Shown piece by piece: positions 1 through 9,806 of a DNA stretch of 32,279 nucleotides. Position 1 is the stretch's first letter. Every line of letters starts with the position of its first letter. Made by a program: the position numbers and the translations under genes. Origin of the DNA: Bacteroidia bacterium (GTDB lineage Bacteria > Bacteroidota > Bacteroidia > Bacteroidales > VadinHA17); assembly GCA_026391215.1 (NCBI GenBank), contig JAPLDX010000049.1, positions 1 to 32,279 of the forward strand, written 5' to 3'. The notes below the pieces were generated by a model. The model was not told the DNA's origin. It ran no database searches and was given only the letters and a program-made list of their open reading frames with translations.

Positions 1-2560
1 AGTTACAGACGAGTCAGATAACTGCACGGCAGCACCGGTAGTAGCGTGGGTAAGTGATGTAAGTGACCTTAACACATGTCCGGAGGTCATCACGAGGACG
101 TACTCAGTAACGGATGCATGCGGGAACAGTATCAATGTAACGCAGACTATCACCGTAGATGACATTACAGCACCGATCATCACCGGCTGCCTGGCTAATA
201 TAACTGTATCCAATGATGCAGGAGACTGTTCGGCGGATGTTTCATGGGTGGCTCCTTCTGCAACAGATAATTGCGGATCAGTAACTCTTACAAGCACTTA
301 CGATCCGGGTGATACATTCCCGATAGGTACAACTACCGTGACATATACAGCTACAGATAACTGCGGAAATACGGCAACATGTACATTCACTATAACAGTA
401 ACTGATACTGAAATACCGGCAATAGCATGTCCTGCTGATATTATTGTAAATAACGAAGCAGGACTATGCGGTGCAATTGTTAATTTCATTGCTCCCATCG
501 GAACAGATAATTGTCCCGGAGCAACCACAATCCAGACTGCTGGTAAGGTAAGCGGGGCATTATATCCTGTCGGAACAACTGTAAATATGTACCAGGTAAC
601 CGATGCATATGGAAATACAAATACCTGCAGCTTCAATGTTACAGTCGTAGATGCTGAAAATCCTAATATAGTATGTCCGGGAAATCTAAGCGTTACCGGA
701 GTATGCAGTACAATAGTGACTTATGTTACTCCGGTCGGTACAGATAATTGCCCGGGTGCAACAACTGTTCAGACTGCTGGTCTTCCAAGCGGATCAACAT
801 TTACTGTTGGAATAACTACCAATTCATTTATGGTTACTGATGCTGCAGGACATACAGCGACTTGCAGCTTCACTGTTGAAGTCATCGATAATACTCCTCC
901 GGTAATTACCTGCCCGGCTGATATAGTTGTAAATAATACTTCCGGAACCTGCAGTGCAGTAGTTACTTATACAGCACCTGTTGGTACAGATAACTGCCCA
1001 GGAGCAACAACAGTTCAGATCGCAGGACTTGCCAGCGGTTCAACATTTCCTGTAGGAACAACCGTTAATACCTTCAGGGTGACCGATGGTTACGGTAATA
1101 CTGCACAATGCAGCTTCAATGTCACTGTAAATGATATTGATCTTCCAGTGATATCATGCCCTGCAGACATAAATGTTAATAACGATGCAGGGATTTGTGG
1201 TGCCGTTGTAACTTACGTGGCACCTGTTGGAACGGATAACTGTCCGGGAGCAATAACTACTCTGACCTCAGGACTTGCAAGCGGATCAGTATTCCCGGTT
1301 GGAACAACAACCAATGTGTTTACTGTTGTCGATGGTTCCGGAAACAGCGCCAGCTGCAGCTTTACTGTAACTGTCGTTGATAATACTTTGCCGGTTCGTG
1401 ATCTGTCACCTCTGCCAGATGTAACTGATGAGTGTTCAGTAACATCACTTATTGCACCAACAGCTTCAGATAACTGTGTCGCGGTGATAACAGGAACACA
1501 TAATGCATCCTTACCGATTACGACACAGGGTACAACCGTTGTCACCTGGACCTATGACGATGGCAATGGCAATATCTCTACACAGACACAGAATGTGGTG
1601 ATCGATGATGTCACAGCGCCAGTAACTGCAGCATTGACTGATGTAACAGGTGAATGCACAGCAACTATTGCAGTAATTCCGACAGCAACAGATAATTGTT
1701 CAGGTGTAATCACAGGTACAACAAGCGATCCTCTGACCTACAACACCCAGGGTACACATACTGTTACCTGGAGCTATGACGATGGCAATGGCAATATCTC
1801 TACACAGACACAGAATGTGGTGATTGATGATGTCACAGCACCAGTAACTGCAGCATTACCTGATGTAACTGGTGAATGCACAGCAACTATTGCTGTAACT
1901 CCGACAGCAATAGATAATTGTTCAGGTGTTATTACGGGTACAACTGCCGATCCTTTGACCTACAACACCCAGGGTACACATACTGTTACCTGGAGCTATG
2001 ATGACGGCAATGGCAATATCTCTACACAGACACAGAATGTGGTGATCAATGATATTACTGCACCGACACCTGATAGCCCGGGTCTGTCTGATGTTACAGC
2101 GGAGTGTACTGTAACATCTCTAACTGCACCGACAGCCACAGATAACTGCGGAGGCGCTGTAACTGTAAGCAATAATGCCACCTTGCCAATAACAACACAG
2201 GGAACAACAGTAGTTACCTGGACGTATGATGACGGAAACGGGAATACAGCAACACAGACTCAGAATGTTGTACTTGATGATATTACAGCACCAGTACCTG
2301 ATGTTGCAGTTCTTGCTGACGTCAATGCAGCATGCTCGGTTGCAGCTCTGACAGCACCTACAGCAACTGATAATTGTGCCGGAACAGTCACCGGAACACA
2401 TACAGCGACGTTGCCGATCACAGTCACAACATTAGTCACATGGACGTATGATGATGGTAACGGCAATACTGTAACACAGACTCAGAATGTAGTTATAGCA
2501 GATGTTACAGCACCAGTTCCTGATGTGGCAACCCTGACTGAATTACATTACCTGTTATAA
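1..2560 (+). CDS. Giant surface adhesin, HYR-domain/Cys-rich Ig-like repeat region (5'-partial; frame open from base 2; N-terminal part of the gene continued at 2542..4035)
   Basis: Frame 2 has no stop from window start (VTDESDNCTAAP...) to 2560. Tandem HYR-like units (P.I.CP.DI.V....G.C.A.V.Y..P.GTDNC...FPVGTT...TD..GN...CSF.VTV) are followed by 74-aa PTATDNC...WTYDDGNGN repeats. Confidence 0.88.
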   Translation, partial: VTDESDNCTAAPVVAWVSDVSDLNTCPEVITRTYSVTDACGNSINVTQTITVDDITAPIITGCLANITVSNDAGDCSADVSWVAPSATDNCGSVTLTSTYDPGDTFPIGTTTVTYTATDNCGNTATCTFTITVTDTEIPAIACPADIIVNNEAGLCGAIVNFIAPIGTDNCPGATTIQTAGKVSGALYPVGTTVNMYQVTDAYGNTNTCSFNVTVVDAENPNIVCPGNLSVTGVCSTIVTYVTPVGTDNCPGATTVQTAGLPSGSTFTVGITTNSFMVTDAAGHTATCSFTVEVIDNTPPVITCPADIVVNNTSGTCSAVVTYTAPVGTDNCPGATTVQIAGLASGSTFPVGTTVNTFRVTDGYGNTAQCSFNVTVNDIDLPVISCPADINVNNDAGICGAVVTYVAPVGTDNCPGAITTLTSGLASGSVFPVGTTTNVFTVVDGSGNSASCSFTVTVVDNTLPVRDLSPLPDVTDECSVTSLIAPTASDNCVAVITGTHNASLPITTQGTTVVTWTYDDGNGNISTQTQNVVIDDVTAPVTAALTDVTGECTATIAVIPTATDNCSGVITGTTSDPLTYNTQGTHTVTWSYDDGNGNISTQTQNVVIDDVTAPVTAALPDVTGECTATIAVTPTAIDNCSGVITGTTADPLTYNTQGTHTVTWSYDDGNGNISTQTQNVVINDITAPTPDSPGLSDVTAECTVTSLTAPTATDNCGGAVTVSNNATLPITTQGTTVVTWTYDDGNGNTATQTQNVVLDDITAPVPDVAVLADVNAACSVAALTAPTATDNCAGTVTGTHTATLPITVTTLVTWTYDDGNGNTVTQTQNVVIADVTAPVPDVATLTELHYLL
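1545..2050 (+). repeat. Intragenic near-identical tandem repeat, period 222 bp (74 aa)
   Basis: The string (T/C)GGCAATGGCAATATCTCTACACAGACACAGAATGTGGTGAT starts at 1561, 1783 and 2005. More diverged copies flank it. Confidence 0.9.
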
Positions 2561-4035
2561 CATGTTCATCAGATATTACACAGTTTGAAGATAATGGTTT
2601 CTCATATGCAACAGTCTTAGTTCCTGATGCTGTTATTTCCGATAACTGCTCAGTTTCAAGCCTTACATGGACATTGAGTGGTGGTACAGTTGCATCATCA
2701 CCTGCGGCTGGAATTAATCAGCTTGGAACATATGTTTTTAATTCAGGCGCTACTTCTGTTTCATATACTTTAACTGACGGTGCAGGGAACTCAGCGACAT
2801 GCAGCTTCAATGTCACTGTTGTTACACCGCTTCCTTTATCAGGAAGTATTGTAACACAGACCGATGTTGCATGTTATGGTACATCAACGGGAAGTGTCAC
2901 TGTAGCCGGTTCCGGAGGAGTAGCTCCTTATGAATACAGTCTTGATGGCAACCCTTATCTGGCATCGGATACATTTGATTCTCTTTATGCAGGATCATAC
3001 ACAGTTACTGTAAGAGATACCTACTTGAGTACTTTTGATATACTGGTTGCCATTACAGAACCTGCCGCACTTACGGTTTCGACAGTACAGACTGATGTGC
3101 TCTGTTCCGGTGGAACTTCCGGTACAGCTACAGCAACAGGTGCTGGAGGATCAAGCCTGTATACATACTCATGGAATACAACCCCTGCCCAGACATCAGC
3201 AACTGCAACTGGCCTTGCAGCAGGATTATACACAGTGATAGCAATCGACTCGAACGGATGTGCAGATACTGCAAGTGTAACAATCGTTGAACCTTTGCCT
3301 TTAGCTGCCTCGGTTACAGTTGCCAATGTCCTGTGCAACGGAGGAGCCAGCGGAAGCGCTGCTACTGTAGCAACAGGAGGAACAGGACCTTACAGCTACT
3401 CATGGAATACATCACCAGTCCTTACCACTGCTTCAATTGCCGGTCTGATAACAGGTTCTTATACAGTAACAGTAACAGATTCACTGGGTTGTACGGCTAC
3501 AGGAACTGCTCAGATAACCGAACCGAGTGCACTGTCGCTTGATGCAACACCTTCTTCAGCCAGCTGCCCTGATTCACCTGATGGTTCAATTACTCTTGTC
3601 ATCACAGGAGGAACATCGCCCTACGGCGTAATTTGGTCGGATGGCATAACAATTCAGAACAGAACTGGTTTGCTTCCAACCACATATAGTGTAGTGGTAA
3701 CCGACGCCAATGGATGCGCTGAAACACTTGATACTGAAGTTGATTATACCGGATCATTCGATTGTTTGTCCATACCTCAGATCATCACACCAAACAATGA
3801 CGGACATAATGATGAGTGGATAATAAGGAATATTGATATTTATCCTGACGCGGAGATCCTGGTCTTCAACAGATGGGGAAGGCTTATCTACCGTGAAAGG
3901 AATGTCCTGTCAAATCCCTGGGATGGTACGTTTAAAGGAAAACTGGTACCGACGGATTCATATCATTATATACTATATTTGAATGACGGATCTGCACCAC
4001 GGTCAGGAGTTATAAGTGTATTAAGGGAAGATTAA
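2542..4035 (+). CDS. C-terminal part of the adhesin: HYR domain, SprB repeats and gliding-motility/T9SS type-B C-terminal sorting domain (CHU_C)
   Basis: The frame is open upstream of the listed 2674 start to 2542 (ITLPVITCSSDITQ..., a HYR start). SprB-like repeats (C.G...G.......GGT.PY.YSW...VTVTD..GC) and a CHU_C-type tail (IPQIITPNNDGHND.W.I......IFNRWG...WDG....G......YHY) follow. No signal peptide of its own. Confidence 0.85.
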   Translation: MTLPVITCSSDITQFEDNGFSYATVLVPDAVISDNCSVSSLTWTLSGGTVASSPAAGINQLGTYVFNSGATSVSYTLTDGAGNSATCSFNVTVVTPLPLSGSIVTQTDVACYGTSTGSVTVAGSGGVAPYEYSLDGNPYLASDTFDSLYAGSYTVTVRDTYLSTFDILVAITEPAALTVSTVQTDVLCSGGTSGTATATGAGGSSLYTYSWNTTPAQTSATATGLAAGLYTVIAIDSNGCADTASVTIVEPLPLAASVTVANVLCNGGASGSAATVATGGTGPYSYSWNTSPVLTTASIAGLITGSYTVTVTDSLGCTATGTAQITEPSALSLDATPSSASCPDSPDGSITLVITGGTSPYGVIWSDGITIQNRTGLLPTTYSVVVTDANGCAETLDTEVDYTGSFDCLSIPQIITPNNDGHNDEWIIRNIDIYPDAEILVFNRWGRLIYRERNVLSNPWDGTFKGKLVPTDSYHYILYLNDGSAPRSGVISVLRED

Positions 4036-4056
4036 CGGAAAATCTGAAGGAAGAAT

Positions 4057-5055
4057 ATGAGATTTCTGAAAAACATATTATCGCTGATCCTGCTGAGTCT
4101 GTTGTGCGGAGAAGCATTTGCACAGCAGGTTCCTATGTACAGTCAGTACATAATGAACGGTTTCCTTATTAATCCGTCATTAGCCGGGCGTGACGGCTAT
4201 ACAACTGTCAACCTTACCATAAGGGAACAGTGGGTAGGCATGGATCAGGCACCAGGTACTTACGCAGCCAGCTTCCAGACACGTATCCTGAAGAACAGCT
4301 ATATCTCAAAATCCACCTCAGTAAGGAAGAAGAACGTTATGCCGACCAAAGGAGGAAAGGTTGGGCTTGGCGGGTACCTGTTCAATGATCAGAACGGTAT
4401 CATGAGGCGAACAGGTATGCAGTTTGCCTATTCTTATCATATCCAGATGGGACTGTCAAGATTGGGTCCGAGTGACCTGGCTTTTGGCCTTGCTCTGACA
4501 GCCTATCAGTTTGCTGTAAATACCCAGGGTTTAGTTTATGATCCCGATGATCCTTTGATAAATAACTATGACAGGTCAGTTTTCATCCCCGATTTTAACT
4601 TTGGTGCGAGCTATACAACATCAAAATACTATGTCGGATTCGCGATGACTAACCTCATCAGGGGACAACTTATGTTTGCAGATACTACTAAAACAGCAAG
4701 AACGGAACTGGGACATTATTTCCTTACGGGAGGAGTGAAATTTGATCTGGCTCCTGACTGGATACTTGAACCATCAGCATTCATCAAATCTTCTGACATG
4801 TTCTTTAAATCAATCCAGATGGACCTTACAGCAAGGGTTTATTATAAGGAAGACTACTGGGCAGGATTATCCTGGAGAACTGGTGATGCAATTATTCTTA
4901 TGATGGGTTTGAAATATGACAGGTTCCTTGTCGGATATGCAGTTGATTTTACATTTACCGATATCAGGAAACAAAGCTTTGGAACACATGAAATTACCCT
5001 GGCGATGAAATTTGGCGAAAGCGCCAGAAGATACCGCTGGATTAACTCATTTTAG
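4057..5055 (+). CDS. PorP/SprF family type IX secretion system membrane protein
   Basis: Signal peptide, then QQ.P.YSQY..N....NP..AG, R.QW.G...AP.T and C-terminal GT HEI.L motifs. Lies directly behind a type-B CTD gene. Confidence 0.92.
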   Translation: MRFLKNILSLILLSLLCGEAFAQQVPMYSQYIMNGFLINPSLAGRDGYTTVNLTIREQWVGMDQAPGTYAASFQTRILKNSYISKSTSVRKKNVMPTKGGKVGLGGYLFNDQNGIMRRTGMQFAYSYHIQMGLSRLGPSDLAFGLALTAYQFAVNTQGLVYDPDDPLINNYDRSVFIPDFNFGASYTTSKYYVGFAMTNLIRGQLMFADTTKTARTELGHYFLTGGVKFDLAPDWILEPSAFIKSSDMFFKSIQMDLTARVYYKEDYWAGLSWRTGDAIILMMGLKYDRFLVGYAVDFTFTDIRKQSFGTHEITLAMKFGESARRYRWINSF

Positions 5056-5063
5056 TACTTTTG
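5056..5063 (+). promoter_or_regulatory. Bacteroidota sigma-A -7 element (TACTTTTG)
   Basis: Matches TAnnTTTG 13 nt before the ATG at 5077. Confidence 0.55.
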
Positions 5064-5076
5064 CATAATAAATAAT

Positions 5077-6093
5077 ATGTCAGGAGGTATCGTTAAAAAA
5101 ACTACCGGTACTCTTTCGCTGCTTTTTCTGTTTTTAATCGAAGGCTATCCTCAGGAGACTTCTCCTCCTATACGTTTTATGTTTTATAATATTGAAAATC
5201 TGTTTGATACATACGATGATTCTCTCACTGACGATAATGAATTTCTGCCTGGCGGACTGAGAAGATGGAATTATCAGAGATATAACAGGAAGATCAGCTC
5301 CGTTTACAAGACGATTATGGCAGCAGGCGAGTGGGAACCTCCGGCCGTAGTTGCATTCTGCGAAATAGAGAACATCAGAGTCCTTGAAGATCTTGTATAT
5401 GGAACATATTTATCGAAATATGATTATAAAATAGTGCACGATGATTCCCCTGATGCCAGGGGCATTGATGTCTGTTTAATTTACAGGAAAGATATTACTG
5501 AGATAATTGATTACAGTTATTTTCAGCCTGCCGGAATAAATAAAGAAGAATATAATACAAGAAATGTCCTTTATGCCAGGTTCGTGATCCGAAGCGATAC
5601 TATTCACCTCTTTGTTAATCACTGGCCTTCAAGAAGGGGAGGGGTGCTTGCGGGCGAGCCCCTCAGGGTAAGAATAGCCGAAACGGTCAGAAGCAAGCTT
5701 GATTCAATAAACGAATCAGAAAATGGAAATGCAAGAATAATTGTCATGGGAGACTTCAATGCTACACCTGACGATCAGGTAATAGGCATACTCACCGGAA
5801 GTTTAAAGATTAGCAGCCTGATGATAAACCTGTCAGAGAAGTTGCAGGGTACATACCGTTATATGGGAACATGGGAAACAATTGATCAGGTCATTGTCTC
5901 TGGCATGCTTATTAATTGCAGGGACGGGATTTTTACTGATCCCGGACTTGTAAAGGTCTTCAGGCCTGATTTTCTTCTGAAACGTGATTTAAAATACCCG
6001 GGATTAAGTCCTTTTTCGACCTATTCAGGATACAAGTACCAGGGAGGATACAGTGATCATCTTCCTGTTTTACTTGATCTAAAGTCACGATGA
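5077..6093 (+). CDS. Exported endonuclease/exonuclease/phosphatase (EEP) family protein
   Basis: [27 protein letters not shown] and YSDHLPV motifs; hydrophobic N-terminus. Confidence 0.9.
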   Translation: MSGGIVKKTTGTLSLLFLFLIEGYPQETSPPIRFMFYNIENLFDTYDDSLTDDNEFLPGGLRRWNYQRYNRKISSVYKTIMAAGEWEPPAVVAFCEIENIRVLEDLVYGTYLSKYDYKIVHDDSPDARGIDVCLIYRKDITEIIDYSYFQPAGINKEEYNTRNVLYARFVIRSDTIHLFVNHWPSRRGGVLAGEPLRVRIAETVRSKLDSINESENGNARIIVMGDFNATPDDQVIGILTGSLKISSLMINLSEKLQGTYRYMGTWETIDQVIVSGMLINCRDGIFTDPGLVKVFRPDFLLKRDLKYPGLSPFSTYSGYKYQGGYSDHLPVLLDLKSR

Positions 6094-7515
6094 TCTGGGA
6101 TGTTTGAGGGGAGTGAGACCGATCTCTTTCCCTTTTTTTATCATGATTTTCCGTGCAGCTTTTTTCTCATTGGGGATTACCCCGTCAAGTATCGCGTCTC
6201 TTATTGCATTTTTAATTATCCCGACTTCCTTCCCAGGCTTAATGCCGAAGGTGCTTATGATCTCGCTTCCATCGACAGGGGGCTGAAAGTTTCTTAATGC
6301 ATCTTTCTCTTCAATTTCCCTGAGTTTTTTCCTGACATACTTGAAATTCTCGAGATGCCTGGTTTTCTTTTCTTCATTTTTAGAGGTAATGTCAGCTTCG
6401 CAAAGCAGCATCAGATCATCAATATCATCACCTGCATCAAAGAGCAGCCTCCTCACAGCCGAATCTGTCACTTCCTCCTGTGATAATACAATGGGACGGA
6501 GATGCAGCTCAACGAGTTTCTGAACATATTTCATCTTCTCATTCAGCGGCAGTTTCAGCTTTCTGAATATGTCAGGGATCATTTTTGATCCGATATATTC
6601 ATGACCATGAAATGACCATCCTGTTTCAGGCGTGTACTTTTTCGTTACCGGTTTGGCAATGTCATGAAGAAGAGCTGCCCACCTGAGCCATTGATTATCA
6701 GTTCGTTTGGAAATATTGTCCAGAACTTTTACTGAATGATGGAAATTATCCTTGTGAGCCTTCCCTTCTTTTTTGTCAACTCCTTTAAGCTTATCAAGCT
6801 CAGGAAAAATGATACTGAGCAATCCTGATTTCTCAAGCATAATAAATCCCATGGAGGGATGATCACTAATTATAATTTTATTCAGCTCGGTAGTTATCCT
6901 TTCCGGTGAAACAATCCTGATCCTTTCAGCATTTTCCGAGATTGAATCAAATGTATTCTTTTCGATAGTGAAATTCAGTTGTGCTGCAAACCGGATTGCA
7001 CGCATCATCCTTAAAGGATCGTCGGAAAATGTCCTGACAGGATCAAGCGGAGTGCGGATGATTTTATTCTTAAGGTCATCAATGCCGTTGAAAGGATCAA
7101 GAAATTCACCATATGTCTCTTTATTCAGGCTGATAGCAAGAGCATTAATCGTGAAATCTCTCCTTTTCTGGTCATCTTCAAGTGTACCTCCTTCAACAAC
7201 CGGTTTTCGTGATCCTCTCCTGTATGACTCTTTCCTTGCACCGACAAACTCGATATCATAATCATTCCACCGGAACATGGCAGTTCCAAAATTCTTAAAT
7301 ATGCTTACCCTGATCTTTGGATCAATCTTTCTGGCTGTTTTTCTTGCCGTTTCAATACCGTTTCCAATAATGACAATATCGATATCCTTTTCCGGATGCT
7401 CCCTGCTTAAGATACAATCCCTTACCCAGCCTCCAATCACAAAAGCTTTTACATCTTCAGCTGTCACTACCTCTGAAAGTATCTCAAATATTCTGTCATT
7501 CAGACATATATTCAT
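6085..7515 (-). CDS. cca: CCA tRNA nucleotidyltransferase / poly(A) polymerase family with HD domain
   Basis: [18 protein letters not shown] and DDPLRMMRA motifs plus an HD domain (LLHDIAK). ATG at 7515 preferred over the TTG at 7530. Confidence 0.9.
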   Translation of the reverse strand: MNICLNDRIFEILSEVVTAEDVKAFVIGGWVRDCILSREHPEKDIDIVIIGNGIETARKTARKIDPKIRVSIFKNFGTAMFRWNDYDIEFVGARKESYRRGSRKPVVEGGTLEDDQKRRDFTINALAISLNKETYGEFLDPFNGIDDLKNKIIRTPLDPVRTFSDDPLRMMRAIRFAAQLNFTIEKNTFDSISENAERIRIVSPERITTELNKIIISDHPSMGFIMLEKSGLLSIIFPELDKLKGVDKKEGKAHKDNFHHSVKVLDNISKRTDNQWLRWAALLHDIAKPVTKKYTPETGWSFHGHEYIGSKMIPDIFRKLKLPLNEKMKYVQKLVELHLRPIVLSQEEVTDSAVRRLLFDAGDDIDDLMLLCEADITSKNEEKKTRHLENFKYVRKKLREIEEKDALRNFQPPVDGSEIISTFGIKPGKEVGIIKNAIRDAILDGVIPNEKKAARKIMIKKGKEIGLTPLKHPRSS

Positions 7516-7548
7516 ATATAGATATGACAATTTGTTTCTAAATCATGA

Positions 7549-7556
7549 CAAAGTTA
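7549..7556 (-). promoter_or_regulatory. Bacteroidota -7 element (TAACTTTG) for cca
   Basis: CAAAGTTA on the + strand, 33 nt upstream of the start. Confidence 0.55.
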
Positions 7557-7601
7557 CAATTAATAAGTAATTTTCTGTTAATTTAAAACTTTGCGGATAC
7601 G

Positions 7602-7617
7602 TGGCACAATGGTTGCA
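7602..7617 (+). promoter_or_regulatory. Sigma54 (RpoN) -24/-12 promoter upstream of trxA
   Basis: TGGCAC-AATGG-TTGCA has the exact GG-N10-GC spacing and lies 49 nt before the ATG. Confidence 0.7.
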
Positions 7618-7666
7618 GCAGATCAAACAATAATAGCTTTCAGGTGTTTAATAAAATAAAAACAAG

Positions 7667-8044
7667 ATGATAGAGCATTTGACGAAAGAGACATTTTTGA
7701 ATAAGGTATTCAATTATGAAAAGAATAAAGAATGGAAATTTGAAGGAGAAAAGCCTTGTATAATAGATTTCTATGCTGACTGGTGTGGCCCATGTAAAAT
7801 GGTAGCTCCAATTCTTGAGGATCTGGCTAAGGATTATCAGGGTAAACTGGATGTTTATAAGGTAAATACTGAGGAAGAGCAGGAGCTGGCTGGTGCCTTT
7901 GGTATAAGGAGTATCCCATCCTTCCTGTTTATACCGTCAAAAGGTCAGCCTCAGATGGCTATGGGGGCATTACCCAGGGAAACATTCATTAAAGCATTCA
8001 AAGATGTTCTTGGTGTAGAAAAAGAGTCAGTTCGTCAAAATTAG
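7667..8044 (+). CDS. trxA: Thioredoxin
   Basis: DFYADWCGPCK active site and the SIP cis-Pro motif. Confidence 0.95.
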   Translation: MIEHLTKETFLNKVFNYEKNKEWKFEGEKPCIIDFYADWCGPCKMVAPILEDLAKDYQGKLDVYKVNTEEEQELAGAFGIRSIPSFLFIPSKGQPQMAMGALPRETFIKAFKDVLGVEKESVRQN

Positions 8045-8107
8045 CCTGTTTCGTTTCAAAAAATAACGGCTTTGGTGAAACATTTCAAGTCTTTAATACG
8101 TTTAATC

Positions 8108-8200
8108 TTATAAGAGCAGTAACAGAAGGTTACAAGAATTTTTTTCATGGATTTAGGTTTAGGGTAGTAGTAAATCAGGGCTGAGGCCCTGATTTATTTT
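8108..8200 (+). ncRNA. Candidate ~90-nt small RNA (or trxA 3'UTR-derived RNA)
   Basis: ECF-like TGAAAC-N17-CGTT at 8076-8102, a U/G-rich single-stranded stretch antisense to start-codon contexts, and a strong terminator at 8171-8200. Confidence 0.4.
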
Positions 8201-8201
8201 T
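8171..8201 (+). terminator. Intrinsic terminator between convergent trxA and xseB
   Basis: TAAATCAGGGC-TGAG-GCCCTGATTTA is a perfect 11-bp stem followed by a T-run. Confidence 0.8.
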
Positions 8202-8397
8202 ATACCAGATCCTTGAAGATACTGTTAATCTCTTCCTCCGTTGTCCTCAGTTTCTTCTGACATTGCTTTATAAGCTCCGATGCCCGCTTCACAGCTACAG
8301 AAAGCTTATCAATATCAAGATCCCCGTTTTCAATCTCACCGAGTATCTTTTCAATCTCGGCTACTGCTTCACTAAATGAAAATTCCTTTTTTACCAT
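8200..8397 (-). CDS. xseB: Exodeoxyribonuclease VII small subunit
   Basis: FSEAVAEIEKIL.EIE.G.L.ID.L....KRA..LI..C...L pattern; downstream of xseA. ATG at 8397. Confidence 0.92.
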   Translation of the reverse strand: MVKKEFSFSEAVAEIEKILGEIENGDLDIDKLSVAVKRASELIKQCQKKLRTTEEEINSIFKDLV

Positions 8398-8430
8398 AAT
8401 CTTTTTCTTAAGGTCATGCAATCTTTTTTC

Positions 8431-9804
8431 TTATTTCTTTTGAATCACTTTGCTCTTTATGCTTCCATCGCTGAACCTGGTATCAATCAAATCATTTTCT
8501 GAAACCTGAACAACACTCTTAATTACCATGTTGTTACAGGTTGTTATTGTATATCCTCTTTTAAGCACATTCACAGGATCCAGGATCATCAGTTTATTTT
8601 CCAGGATCTCAGCTCTGCTGCTGATCTTTTCAATAAAATTTTTTGATCTGCTTATCAGTTCATGCCTCATATTTTCAACAAGCGTATTTTTTACAGTCGA
8701 ATAATAACCTGTGGCAGAAATCAGTCTGGATTTATGATTTGCCGGTATCAGGCCGGCTTTAACTATATATTCCTTACCAAAATTGATCAGTTCAATCAAC
8801 TTTTCAGAAAGGTTCTCTTTATTATCGGAGATCATAAGCTTTGCTACAGGGATCAGCTTCATACGGAAAGTCTCGAGCCGATTACGGTTATCATCAATTA
8901 TAAGCCTGGCGGTATCGCTCATCTCGTTGCTTATTTCCTCAAGGTGAGACTCAGTATTGGCAACACAGTCTATCAGGTGATCTGCGACTGCCGTAGGGGT
9001 CCTTAGTGACTGAAATGCAACCATATCAGTCACTGAAAGGTCCTTTTCATGACCGATGCCTGTTATCACCGGCAACGGGAACTGGGTTACATAATATGCA
9101 ATATTATAATTATCGAACCAGCTCAGGTCGCTTTGAGAACCTCCTCCCCTGATAATAGCAACGACATCAAACATTCCGGGATAAGCCGCGATCCTGTCAA
9201 GGGAATTTATGACACTCTGCTCTGTTTCAGACCCCTGCATAACTGTCTCAAACAGGGCAGTATAAAATATATATCCAAAGCTGTTCTTTGTAAGATGATT
9301 TATGAAATCAGAGTAGCCTGCAGCACCCTTTGAGGAGATCACTGCAATCCTTTGCGGGAGGAGCGGGAAAAAGAGTTCCTTATTCATAGTAAAGACTCCT
9401 TCTTCCTCAAGCCTTTTGATGATCATCTGGCGCTTCAATGCCATTTCTCCCATAGTGAATGAGGGATCAATATCGGATATTATGAGACTTAATCCATAAA
9501 GTTCATGATACTCAACCTTTGTCCTGACAAGAACTTTCATTCCCTCCCTTAGTTGTTCTCCGGTAATATTTTCAAATAATGATCTGAGGAAGTTGTACTT
9601 TTTGTTCCAGATAACGGCTTTTATCCGTGCCCGTGCATTTTTTTCGTCAGGATGTTTTTCAATAAGCTCCAGGTAGCAATGGCCGGCATAATTCTCCTTC
9701 ATTTCCGATATTTCAGCTATAACCCAGTACATGTCAGGCAGAGCCATGTAAAGGGAATCCTTTATAATAAGCTGTAATTCAGTCAGTGAGAGCCTTTCTT
9801 CCAT
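8431..9804 (-). CDS. xseA: Exodeoxyribonuclease VII large subunit
   Basis: OB-fold N-terminus (WV.AEISE...GHCYLEL), RGGGS..DL..F, GIGHE.D, TPTA and LKRGY motifs. Confidence 0.95.
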   Translation of the reverse strand: MEERLSLTELQLIIKDSLYMALPDMYWVIAEISEMKENYAGHCYLELIEKHPDEKNARARIKAVIWNKKYNFLRSLFENITGEQLREGMKVLVRTKVEYHELYGLSLIISDIDPSFTMGEMALKRQMIIKRLEEEGVFTMNKELFFPLLPQRIAVISSKGAAGYSDFINHLTKNSFGYIFYTALFETVMQGSETEQSVINSLDRIAAYPGMFDVVAIIRGGGSQSDLSWFDNYNIAYYVTQFPLPVITGIGHEKDLSVTDMVAFQSLRTPTAVADHLIDCVANTESHLEEISNEMSDTARLIIDDNRNRLETFRMKLIPVAKLMISDNKENLSEKLIELINFGKEYIVKAGLIPANHKSRLISATGYYSTVKNTLVENMRHELISRSKNFIEKISSRAEILENKLMILDPVNVLKRGYTITTCNNMVIKSVVQVSENDLIDTRFSDGSIKSKVIQKK

Positions 9805-9806
9805 GA

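Noticed and set aside
298-3542. Antisense and alternate-frame ORFs over the adhesin (and similar shadows over cca, dnaK, ribBA and others)
   Set aside because: They lie wholly within well-supported genes and reflect codon bias; no recognisable motifs.
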